NCBI GenBank assembly: GCA_963755695.1
Contig: CAVWLB010000008.1
Location: 798,109 to 862,108 of the forward strand
Source of the DNA: an uncultured Acidobacteriota bacterium
Lineage (GTDB): Bacteria > Acidobacteriota > Vicinamibacteria > Vicinamibacterales > 2-12-FULL-66-21
Reading direction: 5' to 3'
Length of the DNA stretch: 64,000 nucleotides
The notes beneath the pieces are model-generated. The model worked only from the letters and a program-made list of their open reading frames with translations. It ran no database searches and was not told the DNA's origin. Shown here piece by piece: positions 17,831 through 30,510 of the stretch. Each line of letters begins with the position of its first letter. Position 1 is the first letter of the stretch. The position numbers and the translations under genes are program-made.

Positions 17831-19195
17831 ATGAATCACAGCCGGCGTCAGTTCATCGGCCGGTGCGCTTCGGTCGTGAGCGCATCGGCGGTGTCGGGCA
17901 TGATTGATCGCATGCCGGCCACCGCCACACCGGACCAGCCGCTCGTCAACTGGGCCGGTAACTACCGCTACGGCACCCAACGTCTGACTGCTGCGACCTC
18001 TCTGGCACAGGTGCAGGAGTTCGTCAGACAACACGATCGCTTCAAGGTCCTCGGGACACGCCACTGCTTCAACGGCATTGCCGACAGCGCCGACGAGTTC
18101 CTGTCGCTGCGCGACATGAAGAAGATCGTCGAACTGAATCGCGCGGCCTCGACCGTGACGGTGGAGTCGGGCATGAGCTACGGGCAGTTGTGCCCGTATC
18201 TCGATCAGCAGGGATTCGCCCTCCACAATCTGGCCTCGCTTCCGCATATTTCAATCGCCGGCGCATGCGCGACCGCAACCCACGGCTCGGGTCCGAAGAA
18301 TGGAAACCTCTCCACTGCGGTATCGGCTCTCGAGATCGTGACTGCCAGCGGTGAGGTCCTCACGATTGGGAGGAAGAAGGATCCGGAAACGTTCCAGGCC
18401 GCTGTCGTGAATCTTGGTGCCATTGGCGTGGTCACCAAGGTGACGCTGGATGTTCAGCCGTCATTCACGATGCGGCAGGACGTCTATCTGGATCTGCCAA
18501 TGGCGCAGGTCAGAGATCATTTCGAAGAGATCATGTCCTCCGGCTACAGCGTGAGCCTGTTCACCGATTGGCAGAAGGAACGGATCAACGAAGTGTGGGT
18601 GAAGCGCCGAGTCGAGAAGGATGCGAACCTGATCGCCGCGAAGGATTTTTACGGTGCACGTCCGGCGACGACCAACGTCCACCCGATCGTCGAACTGTCG
18701 GCTGAAAATTGTACCGAGCAGATGGGCGTTCCCGGGCCGTGGTACGAGCGGCTGCCTCACTTCCGTATGGGCTTCACTCCCAGCAGCGGCAAGGAACTGC
18801 AGTCGGAATACTTCGTGCCCCGCGCCAACGCGGTCGACGCGATCGTCTCGGTCCAGCGGCTGCACGATCACGTAAGTCCGCACCTGATGATCACCGAGTT
18901 GCGCACCATCGACGCCGACGAGTTGTGGATGAGCCCGTGCTACAAGCGGCCCAGCCTCGCCATTCACTTCACCTGGAAGCAGGATTGGGAGTCAGTGAGC
19001 AAGGTGCTGCCGAGGATCGAACGGGAGCTGGCGCCCTTCGAGGTGAGGCCGCACTGGGGCAAGCTTTTTACCATCCCGTCGGCACCGCTCCAGCAGCGCT
19101 ACGAGATGTGCGCGGAGTTCAAACGGCTCGTCGCCCGGCACGATCCGCGTGGCAAGTTTCGTAACGAATTCTTGACGAAGAATCTGTACGGCTGA
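17831..19195 (+). CDS. FAD-dependent sugar-1,4-lactone oxidase family (GULO/ALO-like) oxidoreductase, Tat-exported
   Basis: SRRQFIGRCASV Tat motif. FAD_binding_4 region (LGTRHCFNGIADS) and a C-terminal ALO domain. Confidence 0.8.
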   Translation: MNHSRRQFIGRCASVVSASAVSGMIDRMPATATPDQPLVNWAGNYRYGTQRLTAATSLAQVQEFVRQHDRFKVLGTRHCFNGIADSADEFLSLRDMKKIVELNRAASTVTVESGMSYGQLCPYLDQQGFALHNLASLPHISIAGACATATHGSGPKNGNLSTAVSALEIVTASGEVLTIGRKKDPETFQAAVVNLGAIGVVTKVTLDVQPSFTMRQDVYLDLPMAQVRDHFEEIMSSGYSVSLFTDWQKERINEVWVKRRVEKDANLIAAKDFYGARPATTNVHPIVELSAENCTEQMGVPGPWYERLPHFRMGFTPSSGKELQSEYFVPRANAVDAIVSVQRLHDHVSPHLMITELRTIDADELWMSPCYKRPSLAIHFTWKQDWESVSKVLPRIERELAPFEVRPHWGKLFTIPSAPLQQRYEMCAEFKRLVARHDPRGKFRNEFLTKNLYG

Positions 19196-19212
19196 AGCGC
19201 CGTTTCACACCT

Positions 19213-20358
19213 TCATTCGCGTCCAACGCCGGCTGCCGCCGGTGCCGCTGTCAGTTTGCGAATCAGGTCGACCTCGTCCTGCTTGTAAGGCGTCCCGTCC
19301 TGTTTGAAAATTTCGTGGAACCAGATTGGCGGCTCCCGATCGACGTACGGCTTCTGCCAGGAGTCCCACGGGAGATACGTCTGGGTCTTTCCGGCAACGA
19401 ACCCCCAGTTGATCGCAGCAACCTTGTATTTCTGAGCGATCGGCAACGAGCCCTGGAAGGTGCTGCCGTTGCCGCGTGCCATGTACTCCGTGCACAGAAT
19501 CGGCCGATGGTAGCGCTGAAGCCACTTGATCCGCTTCTCGAACTCCGCGCCGTTATCGTAATTGTGGAACGAGATCACATCCGAGTTCTCGAGCTGGACC
19601 CGTTCCATCGGCGACAGCTTGTCGTCCGCCGACCAGTCGCCCTTCCAGACCCCTGAGGTCAGGGGCTGTTCGGCGCCCGCCTCCCGGGCCCATGCGAACA
19701 CCTGCGGCAGCAAACCCAGCACGAGCTCGACCTTGTTCTTTGGCTCCAGGCTTCCGTAGCTGTTGGTGTTCGTGTTGTCTGGCTCGTTCCACACATCCCA
19801 GCCGAGCACACGCGGGTCCTTTCCGAAGGCATTCACCACGCCGGTGACGTAGGTCTTCAGCCGAGGGTACTGCTTCGGGTCCTGCAGCGCCTGCGCCCCC
19901 GGGCCCTGCAGCCATCCGGAATTGTGCACGCCCGGCTTGGGCGCGTGCTGCGGTCCAAGTTTCGGATTGGGATCCCAGCATGAATCGAACAGGACGAACA
20001 GCGGCTTGATTCGGTGCCTCGCCGCAATGTCGAGAAAGCGGTCGATCCGTTCGCGATAGCCCGCTGGATTCTGCTCCCATGCCAGGTCGTGCAGGAAGAC
20101 CCGCATCGTTGTCATCCCGAGGCTTTCGGCCCAGCCAAGCTCCTTGTCGATCGTCTTCGGATCGAACGTCTCGGCCTGCCACATCTCGAGCTCGTTGATC
20201 GCGTTGGCGGGAATGTAGTTGCTGCCGACCAGCCACGGTTGCTTCGCGTACCACTCGTTGGCCTTGGTCTCTGGCCAGCGCCCCGGCGGTGTCTGCGCGG
20301 ATGCGAGCGTGAAGAGACTACAGACCAGGATGAAACCGGAGAGTCGCGCGTTCTTCAT
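19213..20358 (-). CDS. Glycoside hydrolase family 5 (mannanase/cellulase-like), secreted
   Basis: Signal peptide. Catalytic acid context VLGWDVWNEPD and nucleophile context ILCTEY. Confidence 0.8.
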   Translation of the reverse strand: MKNARLSGFILVCSLFTLASAQTPPGRWPETKANEWYAKQPWLVGSNYIPANAINELEMWQAETFDPKTIDKELGWAESLGMTTMRVFLHDLAWEQNPAGYRERIDRFLDIAARHRIKPLFVLFDSCWDPNPKLGPQHAPKPGVHNSGWLQGPGAQALQDPKQYPRLKTYVTGVVNAFGKDPRVLGWDVWNEPDNTNTNSYGSLEPKNKVELVLGLLPQVFAWAREAGAEQPLTSGVWKGDWSADDKLSPMERVQLENSDVISFHNYDNGAEFEKRIKWLQRYHRPILCTEYMARGNGSTFQGSLPIAQKYKVAAINWGFVAGKTQTYLPWDSWQKPYVDREPPIWFHEIFKQDGTPYKQDEVDLIRKLTAAPAAAGVGRE

Positions 20359-20616
20359 TGCTCCGCCTTTCCTTCGGCCGATGCCGCCTCGGTCCCGCAG
20401 TCTAGTCCAGTTGGCGGCAAATACGGTACCTCAGGCGAGGAATCTGCGACGACGACATCCGGGGTTGCGACGTTCTTCGGCACCTCTTAGTGCGGGCGGG
20501 GTCTAATTGGAGGAACGGGTGTCGCTGGCGAGCTCTTCAGGTACGCCAGCGGAGTATCTCGCCACCATCCGCAGGCGGCGTTAACATCGACTTGGGCTCT
20601 CACAGGCGGTCACCTG

Positions 20617-21189
20617 ATGACCTACGTCGATTCGGCAGTATTGAATCTCACCGAATGGTTGTGTCGGCGGTTCCAGACGTGGACCGGTCGAAGCAACGTG
20701 TGGCTCGCGTTCCAGCTCACCAACCTGAGCGTCGTCGTCTACTTCACGTGGGTCATCGGGTTGTACCTGCTGAGTGGCGACCTGGCGTTGCGCGTCTTCG
20801 TCGCGGTGTTCTGCGGCGGGGTTTTCTTCGTGCTCACGCGAACCATCTTCAAGACGTCGATCGAAGTCTCCGAGACCGAGGCCTATCAGCGGCTGGCCCG
20901 GGGACTGAGAAATCCACGCCGCATCCGCGACGCCCAGCTGCGGATCGCGTTCCTCACGCTATCGATCATCCTGTCGTATCCGCTCTGGCTGGCATACATC
21001 ACTCTGCGCGTGCGCTTCGTTCTGCTCACCGAAACGCTCATCATCCTGACGACGATGGTGCTGTATGTGCTGGCGTGCGATCCGCTGCCGCCTTGCCGCG
21101 GTAAGCTGAGAGAGTGGCTGCACGGGTTGGTGCCGACGAAGACAGCGGCACATTCAATCGGCGCCGACCGGCCGATTCACCATGGTTGA
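20617..21189 (+). CDS. Hypothetical 4-TM membrane protein
   Basis: 190-aa ORF with 4 hydrophobic helices. Confidence 0.4.
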   Translation: MTYVDSAVLNLTEWLCRRFQTWTGRSNVWLAFQLTNLSVVVYFTWVIGLYLLSGDLALRVFVAVFCGGVFFVLTRTIFKTSIEVSETEAYQRLARGLRNPRRIRDAQLRIAFLTLSIILSYPLWLAYITLRVRFVLLTETLIILTTMVLYVLACDPLPPCRGKLREWLHGLVPTKTAAHSIGADRPIHHG

Positions 21190-21264
21190 CGCGCAACGGT
21201 AGCAAACGCCGCCGAAGGCGGCATGTTGTGTCCGTTTCGAAGAGGTTGAATAACCAGAGAAACG

Positions 21265-22328
21265 ATGACGTCACGTCAAATCAGCGAGCCCATAGACCTC
21301 GAATCCAATAAAGCCGGCCCCGACGATCCGCGCTATCTCACCGCAGTCGAGAAACGTTTCAACAAGCGATTCCGCGCGCGCCCGGACTACGTATGGGTCG
21401 TCAACTCGACCGATCAGGTCGTATCGGCAGTCGAGCGGTCGGTAAAGGAAGGCCGCCGGCTCGCCGTTACGAGTGGAGGCCATTGTCTCGAGGCCTTCGT
21501 GTCGGATCCCGATGTGCGGGTGAAACATCGATCCGGTGACGTTCGCGTGGCTGCTCAGGAACCACGGAATCTGGTGCGAGCGAAACAGCAATGCCGATTC
21601 CGCGTTTGCCTCGCTGTGGACGCTCTTCGAGATCCACCGTAGGCAGTTCGGCGCGATCATCACTCGCGGCCTGAGTACAGGCCGGCGCCGTCGCCGAACG
21701 ACAGATCGATGACTACTTGGGGGCGCTCACCGAGGGAGTGAGCGCACCGAACAGCTGCGAGTTGGCGCGGATGTCCTGGCTCGAGTTTGCTCTCAACCCC
21801 TTCCCGGATCTGTTCGCTTCACCACCGGGCGGCGCAAGCGTGAAGGTCAAGGATGCGCTACTCAAGCAACGGTTCACGGACGGCCAGATTCGCGTGGCGT
21901 ACGATTACCTGACCCGCACCGACTACGACGCCATCGGTGGGATGTTGGGCATGGCGACCTACGGTGGACGAATCAATACCGTGGCGACCGATGCGACCGC
22001 CTCGGCGCAACGTGGTTCGATTCTCGACATCGCATGCACTACTGGCTGGATCGATCCTGGGGACGAGGAGAAGAACCTGAAATGGGTACGAGCGTTCTAT
22101 CGAGATCTGTTTGCAGACAGCGGCGGAGTCCCGGTGCCGGGCGAGGCATATGACGGGACATTCATCAATCATCCGGACGTCGACCTCGCCGATCCGGCGC
22201 TGAATACCTCAGGCGTGCCCTGGCAGGCGTTTTATTACCAGGCGAACTACTCGCGTCTTCAGGAAATCAAGGCGCGGTGGGATCCGCTGAACGTCTTTCG
22301 GCATTCGTTGTCCATTCGCGTCGAGTGA
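21265..22328 (+). pseudogene. BBE-like FAD-linked oxidase, internally deleted and frameshifted
   Basis: N-terminal VTSGGHCLEAF FAD-binding motif and C-terminal BBE domain (YYQANYSRLQEIKARWDPLNVFRHSLSI) are both present. About 150-200 aa of the middle are missing and the frame is broken. Confidence 0.6.
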
Positions 22329-22381
22329 CTGGATGGAGGGCGCCCGAGCGGCGGCGCTGAAGTTGCACAGCACCAGGCGCG

Positions 22382-23657
22382 ATGGTACGCCTGCGACGAC
22401 ATCACAAACTCGTCTTTTCGATCCTGATCGTGTGCGGCATCATCGCCGCGCTCCTGGCGATCGCGCAGGATCAGGAGACGCTCAAGATCGAGAGTGCCTA
22501 CACTGCGGAGGACCGGCGATTTCCCGCATATCTCGCGGCGCTTCTTGGCGCGGATGCCACCGGCGGGAACCAATACCAGGTCCTCACCAACGGCGACCAG
22601 ATCTTCCCGGCGATGCTCGAGGCGATCGACGGCGCAAAGCGGCGGATCAGCTTCGAGACCTACATCTACGACAAGGGGTCGGTCGGCGACCAGTTCACCG
22701 CCGCTCTCGAGGCCGCGGCGCAGCGCGGCGTGCAGGTCGATCTCGTCGTCGACGCGATGGGCTCGAACAAGGTGCCGTCCGAGACGGTCAAGCGTCTGCG
22801 CGATGCCGGCGCTCAAGTCGGCCAGTTCGGCAAGCCGAACTGGTACACGCTCGAAGAACTCAACTATCGCACGCACCGCAAGATCCTCGTCGTCGACGGC
22901 GCGGATCGGGTTCACCGGCGGCGTCGGCGTCGCCGATCACTGGCTCGGCCACGCGCAGGACCAGGAACACTGGCGCGACACGATGGTGCGCATCGACGGG
23001 CCGCTCGTGCGATTGATGGAGGGGGCGTTCTACGAGAACTTCGTCGAGACGCTCGGCCCGGCGACGGCGACGCTCGATCCGCCGGACGAATGGCAGCCCC
23101 CGACGCCTCGCGACAGCGCGTTCGTCCTGCGCAGCTCGCCGACCGGCGGCAGCAACGATCTGAAGCGGCTGTATCTGCTGGCGATTGGCGCGGCGCGGCG
23201 GACGCTCGACATCACCACGCCGTACTTCGTCACCGACGAATCGAGCGAGTGGTCGCTGAGGAGGCGGTGAAGCGCGGCGTCAAAATCCGCATCCTGGTCG
23301 AAGGGGACTATACCGACGCGAAGCCGGTCAAGTACGCCAGCCGCAGCACCTACGAGCAGCTGCTGGCGCGGGATCGAGATCTACGAGTACCAGCCGACGA
23401 TGATGCACACCAAGGCGATGGTGGTGGACGGCGTGTGGAGCATGTTCGGATCGGCGAACTTCGACAACCGATCGCTCGAGCTGAACGACGAGATGAACGT
23501 CGCGGTCAGCGATCGCGATCTCGCGCGCGCCTGCTCCAGGACTTCGAGCAGGATCTGAAGTCCGCGCAAGCGACTCGATCTCGACAGCTGGCGGCGGCGC
23601 TCGCTGCTCGAGAAGGCGCGCGAGCACTTCTGGAGCTACTTCGGCGAAATTTTCTAG
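22382..23657 (+). pseudogene. cls: Cardiolipin synthase/phospholipase-D family gene carrying at least 4 frame breaks
   Basis: N-terminal TM helices. HKD motif 1 is HRKILVVDG and HKD motif 2 is HTKAMVVDG. The protein can only be read by switching frame near 22895, 23240, 23370 and 23530. Confidence 0.7.
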
Positions 23658-25219
<1,562 letters not shown>

Positions 25220-25486
25220 GGCGCGGTCCACGACCCGTGGCTGGTCGGAAAGTCATTTCCGAATCGGGCTATTTCCGTTCTCGTTTTCCTCGCTCGATCT
25301 CATGCGGCGCCTGCCGGCAAGGCAAAACAACGGAAATGTACGTCACTGATTTCCTCTTTCACTACCTTTGGTAAGTTCCATCGATTCAATCAATTAGATG
25401 CGATCTTGTGGCACTGCCGTTGCAGTGGCTGGGCTCGCCTGAAACGATGGTCTCAAAACCCGTGGCACCGGGAAGGGGGGCAGCAA

Positions 25487-25711
25487 GTGGCCAAGGAAGA
25501 TCGTGGATTTGCATCGATGGATAGGGCCAAGCAGCGGGAGATTGCGAGCAAGGGCGGGAAAGCGGCGCACCAGAAGGGTACTGCGCACGAGTGGACGAGC
25601 GAGGAAGCGCGCGACGCCGGTCGCAAGGGCGGCATCGCCAGCCATCGCCGTCGCCGCGAGCAGTCTGGGAAGCACGCCCGGACAGGAGATGGCCGAGCGT
25701 GGGATTGGTGA
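25487..25711 (+). CDS. KGG-repeat general stress protein (YciG-like)
   Basis: GFASMDRAKQREIASKGGKAAH...GRKGGIASH motif pairs. G-rich RBS 6 nt upstream of a GTG start. AT-rich upstream leader. Confidence 0.6.
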   Translation: MAKEDRGFASMDRAKQREIASKGGKAAHQKGTAHEWTSEEARDAGRKGGIASHRRRREQSGKHARTGDGRAWDW

Positions 25712-25920
25712 CGCCGAGTCGCAGCATCGATCTCGACGGACAACGAGTAGCTTCGAGGGGTTGCCAGGGCCCCTCGCCTTCCCCTAATCGACTCTCGGGT
25801 GCGCCGCCGACATGCGTACGAGTGACGCGTGTCGGTGACGCGGTCCTGTCTCTCCTGACATCGACCCGCCGCTGGAACGAGCTGAGTCTTTCCCTCCGCT
25901 GTTAGACTAGGCGGGCCGTC

Positions 25921-26546
25921 ATGACCCCAGACGAATACGCCCGCGCGCCGGCGCGTGCTGATGCGCCGCGATCCGGTCCTTGCGCCCGTCATCAAGAAAC
26001 ATCGCGAGCGGTCGTTGATCGAAGCGGCCTCCCGTGGATCCCTTCTCTGCGCTCGTCCGGGCGATCATCGGTCAGCAGCTCTCGACGAAAGCCGCCGCCA
26101 CGATTCATCGACGGCTGATCGGCGTTGATGCCGGGCGGCATTGCGACGCCGCAAGCCATTGCTCGCCCTTGCCGACGCGAGCTGCGTCAGGTCGGCATGA
26201 GCCGCCAGAAGAGCGCCTACCTCCGCGATCTTGCCGCGAAGGTCGCGAGCGGCGAGCTGCCGCTCGACTCGCTCTCTGAGATGACCGACGACGAGGTGAT
26301 CGAGGCGATCACCAAGGTCAAGGGCCTCGGCCGCTGGTCGGCCGAGATGTTCCTGATGTTCCGCCTGCACCGGCCCGACGTGCTTCCCGTGGACGATCTC
26401 GGCATCGTCAACGCCATCCAGCGCCTTTACAGGCTGCGCAAGAAGCCCAGCGCCGATCGCATCCGCAAGATCGGCGAAGCTGGCGGCCGTATCGCACCGT
26501 CGCGTGCTGGTACCTGTGGCGAAGTCTGGAGAACACGCCTCAATGA
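25921..26546 (+). pseudogene. HhH-GPD DNA glycosylase (3-methyladenine glycosylase II/AlkA-like) with at least 3 frame breaks
   Basis: Pieces MTPDEYARA, RRDPVLAPVIKKH, PFSALVRAIIGQQLSTKAAATIHRRL, GLGRWSAEMFLMFRLHRPDVLPVDDLGI and VACWYLWRSL occur in different frames. Confidence 0.65.
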
Positions 26547-29500
26547 AACCACTGCCGCGGATTGCACGGATCACACGGATTGGCATGCTCGCCATTGCGA
26601 TCGCCGCGGGGTTCGTCTCCGTGCGCGCGCCAGCAGACGGACGCGCAACAGGCCGAGAAAAAGGACGAAAAGAAGTGGGACGTCGCCGCCGATCTCGGCC
26701 CGACCCAGAAGCTGGCGTTCGACACGTCCGAAGGGACGTGGATGAACGTCGACGTCAGCCCCGACGGCCGCGCAGATCGTGTTCGACCTGCTCGGCGACA
26801 TCTACGTGATGCCGATCGGCCGGCAGCGGGAGCGTCGCCGGCGACGCGGATCACCAGCGGGCCCGCCTTCGACATGCAGCCGCGATTCAGTCCCGACGGC
26901 AAGCGCATCGCCTTCTCGCAGCGATCGCGACGGCCTGTGGAACATCTGGACGATCGACGTCGACGGGAAGAACGCGAAGCAGGTCTCGCGAGAGAAGCGC
27001 TGGTTCGTCAACAGCCCGACCTGGTCGCCGACGGCGACTACATCTTCGCGCGGCGTCACTTCGTCGCGGAGCGCTCGCTCGGCGCCGGCGAGATCTGGAT
27101 GTTCCACGCGAGCGGGTCCGACGGCCTGCAGGTCACCGAGAAGAACGGCTTCCAGAAGGACGCCGGCGAGCCGGCGGTTTCGCCCGACGGCCGCTACCTC
27201 TATTACAGCAAGGACGTCACGCCGGGCCAGACGTTCGAATACAACAAGGATCCGAACGGCACGATCTACGCGATCATCCGCCGCGATCTGACGACCGGCC
27301 GCGAGCGCCGCGTCGTCAGCGTCCAGGGCGGATCGGTCACGCCGCGTCCGTCGCCCGACGGCAAGTCGCTCGCCTACGTCCGCCGCGTGCGCCTCAGAGC
27401 CAGCTGTTCGTCCGCGATCTCGAGACGCGGCCGCGACCGCGCGTTCTTCGAGCACCTCGACAAGGATCTGCAGGAAGCGTGGGCGATCCACGGCCTGTAT
27501 CCGCAGTACGCCTGGACGCCGGACGGCAAGGTCGATCGTCATCTGGGGCGAGGGAAAGATCTGGCGCGTCGACGTCGCGACCGGCGAAGGGCGCGCGATT
27601 CCGTTCACCGCGCACGTCGAGCAGACGGTCAACGACGCGGTGCGCTTCCCGCAGAAGGTCTACACGCCGGAGTTCCCGGTGAAGATGCTGCGCGACGTCG
27701 CGATCTCGCCCGACGGCAAGCGCGTCGTCTACAGCGCGCTCGGCCAGCTCTATGTCACGGCGCTCTCGCCGGCGCGGCGACGCCGAAGCGCGGTCACCAG
27801 CGGACGACCGCGTTCGAGTTCGTTCCGTCGTGGTCGGCGACGGGCAGTGGATCGTCTACACGACGTGGACCGACGCGGACTACGGCCGCGTGCGCGTCGT
27901 CAGGCCCGACGGCACCGGCGGCCGCGACGTCGTCACGCACGCCGGGCCACTACGTCGAGCCGTCGTTCTCGCCCGACGGCAAGATGGATCGTCTTCCGCC
28001 ACGCCGGCGGCGACCCGATCCGCGGCCCGTTCTACGGCGACGAGCCCGGCATCTACGTCGTGCCGACCGACGGTCGGCGGCGCCGCGGCTCGTGCGCGAG
28101 GGCGGCACCGAGCCGAGTTCGATCACACCGGCACGCGCATCTACGTCAGCGACTCGCGCAACGAGCAAGTCCGTGCTGCTCAGCGTCGGCGTCGGCGACC
28201 GGCGTCGCCGCTGCCGGGCCGCGACGAGATCGTGCACTTCCAGTCCGAGAACGCCGACGCAGATCGTGCCGTCGCCCGACGGCAAGTGGGTGGCGTTCGC
28301 AGAGCGGTGGCACGCGTACGTCGCGCCGTTCCCGCACACCGGCCGCCCGGTCGACTTGGGCCCGACGATCGAGGGCTATCCGGTCGCGCGCATCTCGCGC
28401 GACGCCGGGTTCTACCTGCACTGGTCCGGCGACAGCCGCAGGTCTACTGGTCGCTCGGGCCCGGAGCTCTTCACGCGCGATCTCGACGCACACGTTCACG
28501 TTCCTCGACAGCGGCCTCGCGAAGCCCGACGAGCCCGAGGCCAAGGGCGTCCACATCGGCTTCACCGCGAAGAGCGACGTGCCGGACGGCGTCGATCGCG
28601 CTCGTCGGCGCGCGGGTCATCACGATGGCGGCGGCCGGCCCGATCAGGACGCCGGCGTGATCGAGAACGGCACGGTCGTCGTCGAGGGCAACCGCATCAC
28701 CGCGGTCGGGCCGTCATCGTCGGTCAGTGTGCCGGCGCGGCGCGAAGCGCATCGACGTCGCAGGCAAGACGATCATGCCGGGCATCGTCGACGTGCACGG
28801 GCACGTCGGCGGCGAAGGGGACGGCATCCTCGCGCAGATCGAGCTGGCCGCTTGCGGCGAACCTCGCGTTCGGCGTGACGACGTCGCACGATCCGTCGAA
28901 CGACACCGAGACCGTGTTCACGAACGCCGAGCTGATTCGCGCCGGGCGCGAAGCTCGGGCCGCGGCTGTTCTCGACCGGCACGATCCTCTACGGCGCCGA
29001 GACGCCGTTCAAGGCGGTCGATCGAGAACTACGACGATGCGCTGTCGCACTGCGGCGGCAGAAGGCGGTGGGCGCGTTCCGCGTCAAGAGCTACAACCAG
29101 CAGCGCCGCGACGCGCGGCAGATGATCATCAAGGCCGCGCGCGAGCTGCAGATGAGGTCGTGCCCGAGGGCGGGCTCGCTGCTCTACATGAACGAGACGA
29201 TGATCCTCGACGGCCACACCGAGCGTCGAGCACTCGCTGCCGGTGCCGCAGCTCTACAAGGACGTCGTCACGCTGTTCGCGAAGAGCAAGACCGGCTACA
29301 CGCCGACGCTGATCGTCGGCTACGGCGGCCTGTCCGGCGAGTACTACTGGTATCAGCACACCAACGTCTGGGAGAACGAGCGGCTGCTGACGTTCACGCC
29401 GCGCGAGATCGTCGACGCGCGCTCGCGCCGCCGGACTGATGGCGCCGGACGACGACTTCAATCACGTGCTGATTGCCAAGGGCGCCAAGCAGGTGCTCGA

Positions 29501-29845
29501 TGCCGGCGGCTCGGTGCAGCTCGGCGCGCACGGCCAGCTGCAGGGGCTCGGCGCGCACTGGGAGCTGTGGATGCTGCAGCAGGGCGGCATGACGCAATCT
29601 GGAGGCGATCCGGTGCGCGACGATCAACGGTGCGCGCGTGCTCGGCCTCGACGGCGACATCGGGTCGCTCGAGAAAGGCAAGCTCGCCGATCTCATCGTC
29701 CTCGATCGCAATCCGCTCGAGAACATCCGCAACACGCGAGTCGATCGCGATGGTGATGCTGAACGGCCGGCTCTACGACGCGAAGACGCTCAACGAGATC
29801 GGCAACCATCCCCGCGACCGCCTGAAGTTCTGGTGGGAGCGGTGA
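26543..29845 (+). pseudogene. Protein of ~1100 aa fusing a TolB-like PD40 beta-propeller to a metal-dependent amidohydrolase. Readable only by about 10 frame switches
   Basis: Signal peptide. More than 8 PD40 blades (SPDG[KR] recurrent). The C-terminal half carries amidohydrolase motifs (IMPGIVDVHGHVGG..., ...DGHTGVEH..., DLIVLDRNPLENI). The start ATG overlaps the glycosylase stop as ATGA. Confidence 0.7.
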
Positions 29846-29854
29846 CGGCCCTCT

Positions 29855-29952
29855 GGGGTCAGACCCCGCATCCCCGGGGTCTGACCCCACAGCGCGAGCC
29901 CGGGGTCTGACCCCACCTCTCACACTCGAGCCGTTTTTCGGGGTCTGACCCC
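29855..29952. repeat. Array of four 13-bp GC-rich palindromes GGGGTC(T/A)GACCCC
   Basis: Copies at 29855, 29876, 29902 and 29940, spaced 21, 26 and 38 bp apart. Copies 2-4 share a CC(C)GGGGTCTGACCCCA(C/A)C unit. A T5 run precedes copy 4. Confidence 0.8.
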
Positions 29953-29999
29953 AACCTCTGCTCAGAATTTGGCCTGATTCGTTGCGACTTGCGTCGATT

Positions 30000-30032
30000 T
30001 TGCAATTTGTAATATGATATTACAGATTGCAA
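30000..30032. promoter_or_regulatory. AT-rich 16+1+16 inverted repeat (candidate operator) overlapping the regulator start codon
   Basis: TTGCAATTTGTAATAT g ATATTACAGATTGCAA with one mismatch. Its last base is the A of the ATG at 30032. Confidence 0.6.
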
Positions 30033-30453
30033 TGACTCTCGCCCAGAAGCTCCGGCAGCTGCGGCAGCTCGAAGGAGAGCTTCGCGGACTCGGCCGCGAG
30101 CTGACCCAGTCGGAGCTGGTCCGCGCGATCCGCACGGAGCTGGGCGAGACGCATCAGCCAGTCCTATCTCTCGCTCATCGAAAAGGGCGCGCCGCAAGCA
30201 CCTGTCGCACGAATCGCGGCAGCTGCTCGCGCGCTTCTTCAAGGTCCATCCCGGGCTATCTCGTCAGCGACCCGCCGGGATTCCACACCGAGCTCGCGTC
30301 GGAGATCGCGCTCGGTCGAAACCGCGCTCGACCGCTGGCTGGGCGACGGCGCCGCCCGCTTCGCGCACGACCCGGCGCTCGGCCGCGGCGCTCGAGCGCG
30401 TCGCGACGCACGCCGAGTCGCGGCGCTGCCTGGTGCTGCTCGGCGAAATGATG
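30032..30453 (+). CDS. XRE-family HTH transcriptional regulator (ClgR-like position ahead of pspA), apparently frameshifted
   Basis: MTLAQKLRQLRQLEGELRGLGRELTQSELVRAI...ISQSYLSLIEKG HTH. The reading frame changes near 30150. The 3' end is uncertain. Confidence 0.5.
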
Positions 30454-30510
30454 TCGATGCCGGGTCTGATCGATCGCCTGTCGGAAACGCTCGTGCCGGA
30501 GGAGCGGACA

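Noticed and set aside
26562-29312. 916-aa plus-strand ORF
   Set aside because: It is Arg/Pro/Ala-rich with no motif, and lies out of frame relative to the clear PD40/amidohydrolase pieces. It is an open frame produced by high GC and not the real protein.
29855-29952. Possible CRISPR array
   Set aside because: Units are 13-bp palindromes with irregular 21-38-bp spacing and no cas genes. This does not fit CRISPR architecture.
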